From a virus, in IMG/VR virus record IMGVR_UViG_650716025_000004: a DNA stretch of 64,000 nucleotides. The stretch is one strand, 5' to 3'. Of this stretch, positions 1 through 10,323 are shown piece after piece. The notes under the pieces are model-generated. The model did not search any database. It was given only the letters and a program-made list of their open reading frames with translations, and was not told where the DNA came from. The translations under genes were made by a program, and so were the position numbers. Each line of letters opens with the position of its first letter. Positions within the stretch are counted from its first letter, which is position 1.

Positions 1-1719
1 GAAGTTTGTGATTTAACTATTGCATATATTAAAGATACAAATATTGTCGTATCTGATTATTTATTATGTCCTGATTTTGCCACTGGAGGATTTATTGTTA
101 GAGATGTTGATAAATTAAATCAAATATACGAAACGGGACAAGGTAGCGTTACTTTACGTGCAAAATATGGAGTGAAAGATAATGAGATTATTGTAACAGA
201 AATACCATATACAACCAATAGAGAATCAATAGTTAAAGATATAAAGACTCTATGCAGAGAAAGTAAAGATAATATTATTAGAAATATTACTAATGTTATT
301 GATAGTACGGATAGAAAAGGGATGTCTATTACAATTAAAATTAAGAAAAACACAAATATAGAATTATTAATGGAAAAATTATATGCAAATACCAAATTAC
401 AAGATTCATACTCGTTAAATATGAATATAGTATGCTTAGACAAGATACCTAGGGTATTAAGTATCAAGAGAATTTTAGATGAATGGTTAAAATTCAGAAG
501 AATGTGTATATCAAGAGTTTCTAATTATGATAAGAAAGATAAAGAACATAAATTACATTTATTAAACGCATTTAAAATTATTCTAACTGATATAGATGCT
601 TTGGTTCACATTACACGAAATGCTATAGATGATGATGACATGATAAAACAATTACAATTATATTTTAAGATAGATCAAGAGCAAGCCGAATATGTGTCAA
701 ATATCAAATTAAAAAAATTAAACAAAAACAATATAATTGAAATTACAGAGCAACAAATTACAGCATTACAACAGGAAATATCTGACTTGAAAAATATTCA
801 AAATGATGAAACTCGTATAAACAATATTATAATTCAACAATTACAAAATATAAGAGACAAATATAAAATACCTAGAAAAACAGAAATTATTAATGTTGAA
901 GATATACCTAGTGTAACACTTGAAGATATAAAGATAGAAGATTTTAATCCTACTCTAGTCCTTACAGAACAACAATACATAAAGAAAAATAGAGTATTTT
1001 CACAATCTCAAAAGTTAAAAGATGATGATAAAATACTACAATTTCATCAATGCAACAACAAAGATGACTTATTGTTATTCACTAATAAAGGTAATGTATT
1101 AATTCGTAAAGTATATGAGTTAGATGAACACAAACCTTCAACATATGGTGACTTCTTACCTAATCTATTAGGTGAACATCTTGAAAATGATGAAGAAGTA
1201 ATTTACATATCAACTACTAAAGATTATAAGGGGTCAGTTGTATCAGTATTTGAAAATGGATATATTGCTAGAACAGATTTACAGACATATAAGCCTAAAC
1301 AAAATAGGCAAATCCCAATGAGTGCATACAATACTGATAGTAAAATAGTATCTATCCAACTAATAACCAATGATACAGATATTCTATTAGTATCACAAGA
1401 GGGTAAATCATTAATTATCAATACATCTCAAATTAGACCTACCAAATCAAGAAATACTCAGGGTGTATCCGGAATGAAAATTGATATTGAAACTAATAAA
1501 ATAATAGCTTCAATTATAGGTGTAACAGTAGACGATAACTTTAATATTGAAACTGAAAAAGGTAAATCTAAGTTTATTATGCTTAATGATGTGGCTCCAA
1601 ATGGTAAAGAATCTATGACTGAATATTTAAAGGGTAATAGAAATACTCAAGGTAATTTCATATATAATACAAGGCAAAAGAATGACAAAGTAATCAAATT
1701 AACAAAACAAGAGAATTAA
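1..1719 (+). CDS. gyrA: Type IIA topoisomerase subunit A (GyrA/ParC family), 5'-truncated by the window edge
   Basis: Frame is open from base 1 (EVCDLTIAY...CPDFATGG...GQGSVTLRAKY). PDFxTGG motif, coiled coil and C-terminal pinwheel-like repeats (RNTQGV). GyrA vs ParC not resolved. Confidence 0.8.
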   Translation, partial: EVCDLTIAYIKDTNIVVSDYLLCPDFATGGFIVRDVDKLNQIYETGQGSVTLRAKYGVKDNEIIVTEIPYTTNRESIVKDIKTLCRESKDNIIRNITNVIDSTDRKGMSITIKIKKNTNIELLMEKLYANTKLQDSYSLNMNIVCLDKIPRVLSIKRILDEWLKFRRMCISRVSNYDKKDKEHKLHLLNAFKIILTDIDALVHITRNAIDDDDMIKQLQLYFKIDQEQAEYVSNIKLKKLNKNNIIEITEQQITALQQEISDLKNIQNDETRINNIIIQQLQNIRDKYKIPRKTEIINVEDIPSVTLEDIKIEDFNPTLVLTEQQYIKKNRVFSQSQKLKDDDKILQFHQCNNKDDLLLFTNKGNVLIRKVYELDEHKPSTYGDFLPNLLGEHLENDEEVIYISTTKDYKGSVVSVFENGYIARTDLQTYKPKQNRQIPMSAYNTDSKIVSIQLITNDTDILLVSQEGKSLIINTSQIRPTKSRNTQGVSGMKIDIETNKIIASIIGVTVDDNFNIETEKGKSKFIMLNDVAPNGKESMTEYLKGNRNTQGNFIYNTRQKNDKVIKLTKQEN

Positions 1720-1831
1720 TAAAATAAAATTAAAATATATGTGATTAATATTAAATTAGTTTTACAAAAAATAAAAAATCCCCTATACAATAAAAATAAT
1801 TATATAGGGGATGAAAGGTGGTTTATAAGTA

Positions 1832-2503
1832 ATGGAAAACATAAATATACACAATAAAAATTTAGAAATAATATGTGATATGGACGATGTATTAGTTAAT
1901 CTATCTGAATTTGTAGTTAATCAATACAACAAAGATTTTGATGATAATATGAATTGGCAAGATAATAAATCTTATTGGTGGGGAGATTGCAAGAAAGCAT
2001 ATAAGTCATATTTTGAACAACAGTTAATTAAAAAAGGAACTTTTATTAATCCTAGACCAACAGAGAATTCAATTAAAACTTTAAATAAATTACATGAGGA
2101 AGGATTTAAGATAATATTTTGCACCTATCCTCAATATGATTCTGATTATTGTATAAAAGAAAAGATACAATGGTTACAACAATATTTTAAATGGTTTAGC
2201 ACTGATGAAAACTTAGTATTTACTCATAACAAAGGATTGTTAGCCAAATCAAATAGAATATTACTTGATGATAATTTAGATCATATATTTTCTTTTATAA
2301 GTAATGGAGGAATAGGCTGTATATTTAATCAAAGTTGGAATGGGGATGTGGGAAACAGGAGATTTATAGGATATAGAATTACTAGGTTTGAAGAATTTTA
2401 TACTGTAGTTCATAATTTAGAAAATGAATTAATGATAAAGAAACATTATGAGACTAATATATTAAAAGAAATTAGTTTTCATAATAAGTATTATGTTAAG
2501 TAA
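1832..2503 (+). CDS. 5'(3')-deoxyribonucleotidase (HAD family)
   Basis: CDMDDVLVN (DxD motif I) and ILLDDN motif; SD gaaaggtgg upstream. Confidence 0.8.
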   Translation: MENINIHNKNLEIICDMDDVLVNLSEFVVNQYNKDFDDNMNWQDNKSYWWGDCKKAYKSYFEQQLIKKGTFINPRPTENSIKTLNKLHEEGFKIIFCTYPQYDSDYCIKEKIQWLQQYFKWFSTDENLVFTHNKGLLAKSNRILLDDNLDHIFSFISNGGIGCIFNQSWNGDVGNRRFIGYRITRFEEFYTVVHNLENELMIKKHYETNILKEISFHNKYYVK

Positions 2504-2623
2504 ATTTAAAATGTAAACTTTACGTTGACATGTGTTATTTAATATTTAATTTAAAAGGAGTGTTGCTTTATCATTGATAACAAAAACCAAAAACAATATA
2601 TATTAACCATAGATAATAAATTA

Positions 2624-3022
2624 TTGCAAGAATATGAGGAGTATTATTTTAAAAAACATCCTAGGGCAAGAAACAAACCATTTAAAAGTCCAATTCATCC
2701 GTCTATAAATGTATGGGCTATTAATAGAATGACCATGAGAAATATGAAAAGTAAATGGAAGGAGTTTGGATTGTGGTTGGTTAATAAACTAGGATATGAG
2801 AATTTACATATAGAGAAATTTCAAATTACAATGAAGAACTATTATGGAAATAGAAGACGTAGAGATAATGACAACCAAAGTCCAAAGTTTCTATTAGATC
2901 CACTAGTTGAAAGTGGTATGCTAGTTGACGATGATTACAAACATCTAAATCCTTTAATTATAATGGGAGACTATGATAAAGAAAATCCTAGAATGGAAAT
3001 TATTGTTGATATATTAGAATAA
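2624..3022 (+). CDS. RusA-like Holliday junction resolvase
   Basis: RRRDNDN...KFLLDPLVESGMLVDDD matches the RusA catalytic Asp pattern. Confidence 0.7.
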   Translation: MQEYEEYYFKKHPRARNKPFKSPIHPSINVWAINRMTMRNMKSKWKEFGLWLVNKLGYENLHIEKFQITMKNYYGNRRRRDNDNQSPKFLLDPLVESGMLVDDDYKHLNPLIIMGDYDKENPRMEIIVDILE

Positions 3023-3091
3023 GTTTGGTATTATACATATATAAGGGACTTTTTATTAACTATTTTATAGACTTAGAGAACTAGACTTATG

Positions 3092-3301
3092 CTAGTTCTC
3101 TTTTTCTATGTATCTGTTTATTAACTCAATTGTAGATAAAATCCCTCTTTTATATCCCTGTATCCAATTATAAGTATACTCATTATGTAGCATATCTTCA
3201 GCATAATTCTCTTTCTCTAAGTTTTGTATCAAATATGTAAGTAGATTTTGCTTATTAATCATATTGTTGCTCAATTTGTTATCACCCCCTATTTGTTTCA
3301 T
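3092..3301 (-). CDS. Hypothetical protein
   Basis: Short ORF in tandem with neighbouring - strand genes. Confidence 0.45.
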   Translation of the reverse strand: MKQIGGDNKLSNNMINKQNLLTYLIQNLEKENYAEDMLHNEYTYNWIQGYKRGILSTIELINRYIEKEN

Positions 3302-3307
3302 TTATGG

Positions 3308-3676
3308 TTATTTAGTAAAGAAGTATTGTGCAATCATAACTCCTATACCAATAATAGTTCCTACAATACCCCAGAATTCCTTTCTATCTGTAAGTTTAAT
3401 ATTGTTATCAGTGTTAATGGTAGATTTAAATGTAGAGGTTAGAGTATCTGTCACCTTAGTCATCATCAATTCAGATGTTTTGCGATTCTCTTTTTGGGTT
3501 TCATACATTAAATTTTTTAATTCTATTTGACCTTTAGAAATTTCATTTAGTTGTAACTCCATTCTAATCTTATTTTCTTCTAATTGACGAATCCTAAGTT
3601 CGTGATCTTTAATTGCACTTTTATTATTTTCGATGTCATCTTGGGTTCTTTGTTGCCATAATTCTTCACTATTCAT
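3308..3676 (-). CDS. XhlA-like coiled-coil protein with C-terminal TM helix
   Basis: DHELRIRQLEE coiled coil plus a C-terminal hydrophobic helix; SD aaggagg. Confidence 0.55.
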   Translation of the reverse strand: MNSEELWQQRTQDDIENNKSAIKDHELRIRQLEENKIRMELQLNEISKGQIELKNLMYETQKENRKTSELMMTKVTDTLTSTFKSTINTDNNIKLTDRKEFWGIVGTIIGIGVMIAQYFFTK

Positions 3677-3736
3677 TATAAAACCTCCTTTCTTTGTTAT
3701 GATTTTTTAATTTGATTTTAATTCTAAATTTGTTTA

Positions 3737-4765
3737 TTAAAGATTAGATAAATCCCCCTTTGTGACTTGCTTAATACCGTCTTTTCCAAAATATTTTCCT
3801 AATTTATCATCTACTTCACTATCGTCATATACCTCTACCATACTGACATTTTCCCAACCTATAATATCTTTAATTACAGATGCAGGAATATTAGATTGGG
3901 ATAAAAATGTACAAAAATTATGTCTTAATGAGTGGAAATAAAAATCCTTATTTAGTAATTTCGTAAATAATTTTGCCCAACTATCTAATGTAGTTATCTG
4001 CATGGGTATCCATTTACCTTTTCTTTTTATTGCAAATAATTCATCGCAGGTTACATCTAGTTCTTTACGTTGTTCCAACCATAAATCTAAATATTGCTGA
4101 AATTTAGAGATCAAAACATATCTATATATCATTTTACCTTTACTTCCTCTTCCTTTAGTTTTAATTTTTTCTGGTGTTTTGTATAAAGAACCGTATTTTA
4201 TATTTTCAGGAATAAAATAAGAAACAGGAAATCTAAGTAATTCTGACTTTCTTGAACCACTAGCCCATGCTAATGCAAGTACGCAAGCCTTTTGATATTG
4301 CTTTTTATCTACTAAATAATCTAATAATTTTTGAATTTCTTCATCTTCAAATATGCTTTTTTCTCTTACAGCTTGTTTTACTGGGGCGGGTATTTTATTA
4401 ACTATATTACGATAATTAGGGTATTCATCGTCAAGCATAGCTTCTATAAAGTTACTCATGCTTGATATAGCTGATCTTAATCTTCTAATTCTGTTAGAAC
4501 TTAAATTCATTTTATTAAGCATATAATTTTGATATTTCATTATGTCTCTCTTAGTAAAATCAATAAAAAATTTATTTTTATTATGCTCTAAAGACCATAT
4601 AAAGCATATTTGTATATCACTTACGTAGTTCCTAATTGTTAACGGACTTTTGTCTGTACTTTGTAAAAATTCCACGAACTCATTTAATAAGTCAACATTG
4701 TCTTCATTTACCATTTTTAATTTTTCTTCTGTAACCATAGGGTTATATACAGTTCCTCTACCCAT
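3737..4765 (-). CDS. Tyrosine recombinase/integrase
   Basis: SGSRKSEL (R), FHSLRH (HxxR), IGWENVSMVEVY (W/Y). Confidence 0.9.
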   Translation of the reverse strand: MGRGTVYNPMVTEEKLKMVNEDNVDLLNEFVEFLQSTDKSPLTIRNYVSDIQICFIWSLEHNKNKFFIDFTKRDIMKYQNYMLNKMNLSSNRIRRLRSAISSMSNFIEAMLDDEYPNYRNIVNKIPAPVKQAVREKSIFEDEEIQKLLDYLVDKKQYQKACVLALAWASGSRKSELLRFPVSYFIPENIKYGSLYKTPEKIKTKGRGSKGKMIYRYVLISKFQQYLDLWLEQRKELDVTCDELFAIKRKGKWIPMQITTLDSWAKLFTKLLNKDFYFHSLRHNFCTFLSQSNIPASVIKDIIGWENVSMVEVYDDSEVDDKLGKYFGKDGIKQVTKGDLSNL

Positions 4766-4798
4766 ATTAAATCACACTCCTTAATATTTTTAGTTATT

Positions 4799-5017
4799 CT
4801 ATTTTAATTTATTGTCATTCTTAAATCTTGGATTGTTTCTTTTCCATTCTTTTAAATCTTGTTCTAGTACAAAATCATTTACAAATACCCAAAATGCTTT
4901 ATGATTTATAGGATGTAACCCTTTGAATAAGAATTTATGCCCTTTAGATTTTAAATAATCTTTTTGATTTTTACTAAAGCATTTATAAACTAATTTGTAT
5001 TGCAATTTAATCACCAT
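4799..5017 (-). CDS. Hypothetical small protein
   Basis: ORF between the two recombinases with SD aaggatgg. Confidence 0.55.
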   Translation of the reverse strand: MVIKLQYKLVYKCFSKNQKDYLKSKGHKFLFKGLHPINHKAFWVFVNDFVLEQDLKEWKRNNPRFKNDNKLK

Positions 5018-5100
5018 CCTCTTATTTTAATTACTTTTTAATTTATTTTCCATATGTTTATTGTTTTTACACAACAAAAAAGAATAGCATTTAAGCTATT

Positions 5101-5919
5101 CTAAAATTGATTTATTACATCTAATAATTGTTTTTTACTTCTTCGAGTATATATATTTGTTGTTAAGATTGAGGCATGACCTGCTAAATCTTTTACTACA
5201 TCTATTGGTATTCCTTTATCAACTAAATTCATGCAAAATAGATGTCTAAATGCATGATTATATACCTTATCCTTTTTTACTTTAGCCTTTCCACCATATT
5301 TTTTCACCATGTTTAAAGCGGTAAATCTACTGATTCCACCTCTTTGACCTGTAAATAATTTATCACTATTATTTACTCTAACAGTCATATAATCTCCCCA
5401 TATTCTCTGGAGTTTTTTAGGAATTAACACTGTTCTATACTTTTTACCTTTTCCAAGTATTCTAATGCTATCTTCATCAATATCTTTTACCAATACTGAA
5501 ATAGCTTCACTAACTCTCATACCTGTATAATATAATGTACATATGAATGCCTTAGCCCTTAAATCATGTGATTTATCAGCTTCTTTTATCATTCTCATAG
5601 CTTCACTATTAGTCAGTATATCATCTAAGAATCCTTGATCTTGAATCTTTATCATTTTAATATTAACATCATTGATATGTATAAAGTCTAAGTATTTTCT
5701 AATAGCTACTATATTTTTATTTACTGTCTTAGGGGATAGCTGTAATCCTTGTAATAAATAGTCTTTAAACTTCCTTAATTCAATTGTATTTACTTCTAAT
5801 TTATTTTTTTGAAAATATTCTATAAATCTTTTAATATCATTTTTATAAGTATAAATAGTTTTTTCACCTTTATCTTCTTGATATAAGTATTCAATAAATT
5901 CATCTAACCTTTTTATCAT
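5101..5919 (-). CDS. XerC/D-like tyrosine recombinase
   Basis: TGMRVSEA, GKGKKYR, HAFRH, AGHASILTTNIY catalytic motifs. Confidence 0.92.
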   Translation of the reverse strand: MIKRLDEFIEYLYQEDKGEKTIYTYKNDIKRFIEYFQKNKLEVNTIELRKFKDYLLQGLQLSPKTVNKNIVAIRKYLDFIHINDVNIKMIKIQDQGFLDDILTNSEAMRMIKEADKSHDLRAKAFICTLYYTGMRVSEAISVLVKDIDEDSIRILGKGKKYRTVLIPKKLQRIWGDYMTVRVNNSDKLFTGQRGGISRFTALNMVKKYGGKAKVKKDKVYNHAFRHLFCMNLVDKGIPIDVVKDLAGHASILTTNIYTRRSKKQLLDVINQF

Positions 5920-5983
5920 AATCTTAAAACTCCTTCAATATACTTAAACCCTTGATATTAGTATATCATAAGCTTGTCTAAAG

Positions 5984-6012
5984 ATTCAACAGAATTGTAT
6001 ATTCTGTTGAAT
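5984..6012. repeat. Perfect inverted repeat upstream of the Xer-like recombinase (candidate core site)
   Basis: attcaacagaat-tgtat-attctgttgaat. Confidence 0.6.
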
Positions 6013-6438
6013 GATTATGGAATTTTAATAATTACAATGCATCAGAAACAATAGATTGAAAAGTGTATTTTAAAAATATTGTTTTATACAATTTTATAAT
6101 TTTAAAAACAAATTCATTCTCATAATCATACTTTAAAATAATTTTAAAATTTAAATTTATAACACAATTGATTTTCTGTTTTTATAAAAACAGTTCTAAT
6201 TTAGCATATTATACAATTTTAAAAAGTCCTATGGAACAGATTATGAAAATCTATTCTGTAGGACTTTAGCGTTTTAAAATTTTATAAGCAACTTAAAAAT
6301 CTATTTCTAATAATTTTTCATCTTATTTCCATAACTCCTAAAGTTAAAAGTTAACCAAAGAATAGTATGAAAAGCATATAAAATTATATTATTTTTTATA
6401 CATAAATTAAAAATCACGTAAAGTGCATTTTACAAAAA

Positions 6439-7683
6439 TCATTTAGTTCTACCAACTGTTGTATTATCACATTTTCTATCTCTAAGTTCATCTATTGGAT
6501 TAGGAGATTCTTCAAATCTATAATCCATTCCCTTTTTATTTATATAATCATCTATAACTACATGACTTGAAACATCATTAATATTTTTATTTACAAGATT
6601 TTGATATTTAAAGAAATCATAATCATTAGGAAGTGTATTTACTTCAGCATAATCTTCTCTTTTAGCTGTTAACCTTACAGTCTTTAATATTTCTCTTAAA
6701 TATTCCTTATTTGGTCCTAAATTGAGTAATTTTGGGAATGTACCATTTGGTATAACTTGTTGCCAATCTTTATTTTCATATTTTTTCAAAAGTTCTGCCG
6801 CTTTATGTAAGTGAGCAACTTCTTGAGTAAAACATTGTTCCCATATTTTCTTTATATTTTCATCTTTTTCATCTTCGTAGCATGAATAATATAAATAACA
6901 TTCTGTATATTCATGCATTAAAAGTTCCTCCAGCCATGTACATCTAGTATCTTTTAAACTTCCATATTGGCTAACATGTTGTTCCTCTACCATTCCAATT
7001 TCTAAATATAGTTTTCTACCTATGTCATTTTTATATAAAGAACTAATATTCATATAATAGTTCATTGTTTGTTGTTCTGCCGCAGTTATAATTCCTATAT
7101 TAAGATTTGTCAATAAATCAGCTTTTTTGGAATCAGTAGATCTTTTCATAGAATCATATGGATGACGATGATGTGATATTGTAGGTCTTCCTGGCATAAT
7201 TTCTGTATAATGTCCTACTAATTTTTCAGCCTTTACACCTTGTTCCATCTCAAGTAAATCTGCATACCTATATAGATGGTCAAAATCTTCGAGTAATGCA
7301 AAATTAAGTGCATTTTTTACATCTAAATCTTTCTCACTTTTTGCAAGAGCACAAGTTAAATCAACTGCAAGTTGTTCATAACTTATAGTTGTTTCTAATA
7401 TAGTTTCATTTAGGGGTCTTAAGTTACTTATCTTTTTTTGTTGTTGCTGTTCTACCCTTCTCATAAGAGCCAATTCACGTCTTATATCATTATTATCACA
7501 ATGACGTGAAAATTGATGTGAGAACCAAGTAGCTTCAAATTCTGTGCCGTTCATTAAAATTATACGAGTTTTGGTATATGGATCCACTTCATTTTTATCA
7601 TATTTTTCAGGATATAGTTTATTCCAATCCTCAATTGTAGATTCTACACAAACCGGTTTTTCTTCAAATGGATTTAAACTCAT
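6439..7683 (-). CDS. Conserved ferritin-like (multi E..H helix) protein
   Basis: Repeated ExxH-type motifs (EDFDH, EEQH, QEVAH). Confidence 0.55.
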   Translation of the reverse strand: MSLNPFEEKPVCVESTIEDWNKLYPEKYDKNEVDPYTKTRIILMNGTEFEATWFSHQFSRHCDNNDIRRELALMRRVEQQQQKKISNLRPLNETILETTISYEQLAVDLTCALAKSEKDLDVKNALNFALLEDFDHLYRYADLLEMEQGVKAEKLVGHYTEIMPGRPTISHHRHPYDSMKRSTDSKKADLLTNLNIGIITAAEQQTMNYYMNISSLYKNDIGRKLYLEIGMVEEQHVSQYGSLKDTRCTWLEELLMHEYTECYLYYSCYEDEKDENIKKIWEQCFTQEVAHLHKAAELLKKYENKDWQQVIPNGTFPKLLNLGPNKEYLREILKTVRLTAKREDYAEVNTLPNDYDFFKYQNLVNKNINDVSSHVVIDDYINKKGMDYRFEESPNPIDELRDRKCDNTTVGRTK

Positions 7684-7991
7684 AAAAGCAACTCCTCTAC
7701 AGATTTAATAAATTTATTAATTAATATTCCTCTAATTAGTTTTTTTATTCAATATTTTGTTTAGATATTAATGCAATTAAATCACCTATAAATATCTTTT
7801 AGTTTTTTTTAGTTTCCCAATTCTAATTAAAGCTTCCTCTGATTTAGCTTTACATAATGATTTTTAATCAAACTGTTATTATATAAAGTATTTCTTTTAT
7901 AGAATATTATTTAATTATACTTTTAAATATTCTTAAAAAGTAATATCTCAATAGACTTTATTCTATAATTTTTATGAAAATAATTCTAAAT

Positions 7992-8160
7992 TTGACAAAA
8001 TAGTAAAAAGGGGTTATAATGAATTTATTACAAATTTGCTAAAACTTTTAATATTGAATCAAAGAATTCCCAATTTTGTTTGTATTATTAATACTTATAT
8101 GAATCAATGGACATAAATGCAAAACCCCCGGTAATAATTTACTAGAGGTTTTGCATTTAT
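7992..8160 (+). ncRNA. Putative small RNA unit 1
   Basis: TTGACA(7992)-17-TATAAT(8015), then ~130 nt, then a hairpin terminator gcaaaacc...ggttttgc+U tract. Confidence 0.5.
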
Positions 8161-8264
8161 TTAGGTTTAGATATCTGTAAAATTTATTATACATAAAACT
8201 TACTATAATTTATAGTTTTGAGAGTGAGTAGCGATTCTTCAACTTTTATAAAATAATACTCAAC

Positions 8265-8432
8265 TTGACATTAAAATACGAAGGGTATATAATCAAATTA
8301 GCATAATTTTGCTAAATTTTTTAATGTTAAATTTAAATGTTTTGAATCTTGTTTGTATTATGAAACTGGTATAAATCTATACATACCACCACAAAACCGC
8401 TAGTATTAGTTACTAGCGGTTTTAATTATATT
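8265..8432 (+). ncRNA. Putative small RNA unit 2 (paralogue of unit 1)
   Basis: TTGACA(8265)-17-TATAAT(8288); shares tttgctaaa and ttgtttgtattat with unit 1; terminator aaaaccgctag...ctagcggtttt. Confidence 0.5.
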
Positions 8433-8500
8433 TAACGACTTAATTCTTTACTATTTTAGATTTGTTATTTTTTATAATACTGGTGTCTTTGTCAGTATTA

Positions 8501-8593
8501 TCAGCTGACAGAAGCTAATAGTCCATATTTTTCTTGAGTTATTATAGCACCATTTTTAATATCATTAATGAATTTATCAGTTTTTTGACTCAT
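8501..8593 (-). pseudogene. N-terminal remnant of a glucosaminidase (FlgJ-like) lysin
   Basis: SD aaggaagtg, then MSQKTDKFINDIKNGAIITQEKYGLLASVS-stop; matches the start of the glucosaminidase domain and ends before AQAILES. Confidence 0.55.
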
Positions 8594-8646
8594 ATATAAC
8601 ACTTCCTTTTATATTATTTTAATATGAATATGATTTAATTAATTTT

Positions 8647-9357
8647 TTAATTTTCTAACTCCTTAACTAATACATCAAACGTACCGTCATTTATAGTTTT
8701 CAAAGCATCTATAGGTCTATATGGTTCTATCTGACATGCTATGCTAACTTTGTTTATATTTATATTTGTATCCATATACATCATCAGCTTAAAATCATTT
8801 AAATTAATATTTTTTAAATTGTTAATATCTCGTACATTATTAAATCCCTTTTCAAGATATAATTGTTTACCAATTACTTGTTGATTTAAATCCACCATTT
8901 CATTATTATTAATACTAAATATATGTTTAGTGTTAATTTGTTGTAATAAAAAATATTTTTCAAAATATAGAGCATCTATTTTAATTTTTTTACTATATTT
9001 TGCATAATAGCCATCACCCGAAGAGTTTATTATTAAATCTTTATACAGCATAGACCACTCATCTAACTTTTCAGCAATAAATATATTAACTTTATCAACT
9101 GCTGAACTACCATATGAAGTTGCTGTTGACATTATTGAGATACTAGACACATCACTCATTTTACCTATATCCAAAATAATCTCATCATGTAATTTAAAAG
9201 CATTTTTTTTAGTAGATATTATTTGATAATTAATATCGTTAGTATTATTACTCAATTTAATTGTTAAATCATTACATTCATCTGTTCCTCTTTCCTTTTT
9301 TGCTAACTGTTGTACTTTTATTTTAATATATCTAAAACATAAGCTCATTTCGATCAC
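8647..9357 (-). CDS. Tail fibre/receptor-binding accessory protein
   Basis: End of tail gene run; overlaps the upstream gene by 4 nt. Confidence 0.5.
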   Translation of the reverse strand: MIEMSLCFRYIKIKVQQLAKKERGTDECNDLTIKLSNNTNDINYQIISTKKNAFKLHDEIILDIGKMSDVSSISIMSTATSYGSSAVDKVNIFIAEKLDEWSMLYKDLIINSSGDGYYAKYSKKIKIDALYFEKYFLLQQINTKHIFSINNNEMVDLNQQVIGKQLYLEKGFNNVRDINNLKNINLNDFKLMMYMDTNININKVSIACQIEPYRPIDALKTINDGTFDVLVKELEN

Positions 9358-10310
9358 TCTCCAAAATATATATCATCTATTATTTTTATTGCATTATTAA
9401 GACTGATACTAAATTGTATACCACTTCCTAAGTCGTCATCTCGTTCCATAATCATATTTTCTTTGGCTATAGTTTTCATTATATCGCCAATATCATCAAA
9501 ACCATATTTCTTAAAATCTTTATCAGTAATATTATTAACAGTAACTTCTGTAATTGGCTTGTACTGTGATCTTGAATTGTTATAAAACTCTGATTTTATC
9601 GTATATAATTGATTGTTTTGTTCAAGCATAAATTGCTTTTTAGCCCATTTATATAAACCACTATATACTCCATATGTAGAATTTAAATTATTATCTATTA
9701 TGTTAAATTTATCATTTAAGTTCGTTTGTTTAACTATTAAATTGTTTTTAGCGTCCCATTGTGATTGCTCAGTACCATAACCACTTGTAAAGCACCCGTA
9801 ACAGTTATATAAATTGATTTTTCCATCAGTACATCTTAAAAATTTTGTTGATTCTTGTGTTTTTGTACAATTATAAAAATTAATTATTGAATTATCTGGT
9901 AAAAATACAGAATGAGCATTATTCGGTATCGAATCAAATACGACGTTATAAAAATTTAAATTACAATATATGTAATTTAAATTTGATTGAGTTAAATCAG
10001 TCTTTATATTATAGATTAAATTAAAGATATTTAATGTAAAACTACTATTACCACCACACGAATTACTAAACCAACCGCTTGTTTGTATTAAGGTTGTTTT
10101 ATCGTCTTTGCCTTTTATTGTAATTGTACAATTTTCTCCCTTAGAAAGAATGGTTTCGTCTACCTCATATGTTCCACTACTTAGAAATATTTCACAGTCT
10201 TTTTTACAGTCAATATTATTTAATAAATCATTCAAAGATTTATAGGGCTTGTTTACGCTTCCATCAGCATCATCATACTCTTTTTTATTTGCATTAATAA
10301 AATATTCCAT
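9354..10310 (-). CDS. Tail fibre/adhesin-like protein (beta-helix-like)
   Basis: DADGSVNKPYKSL...IFLSSGTY is typical of right-handed beta-helix N-termini; position in the tail module. Confidence 0.5.
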   Translation of the reverse strand: MEYFINANKKEYDDADGSVNKPYKSLNDLLNNIDCKKDCEIFLSSGTYEVDETILSKGENCTITIKGKDDKTTLIQTSGWFSNSCGGNSSFTLNIFNLIYNIKTDLTQSNLNYIYCNLNFYNVVFDSIPNNAHSVFLPDNSIINFYNCTKTQESTKFLRCTDGKINLYNCYGCFTSGYGTEQSQWDAKNNLIVKQTNLNDKFNIIDNNLNSTYGVYSGLYKWAKKQFMLEQNNQLYTIKSEFYNNSRSQYKPITEVTVNNITDKDFKKYGFDDIGDIMKTIAKENMIMERDDDLGSGIQFSISLNNAIKIIDDIYFGE

Positions 10311-10323
10311 TGAATCACTTCCT

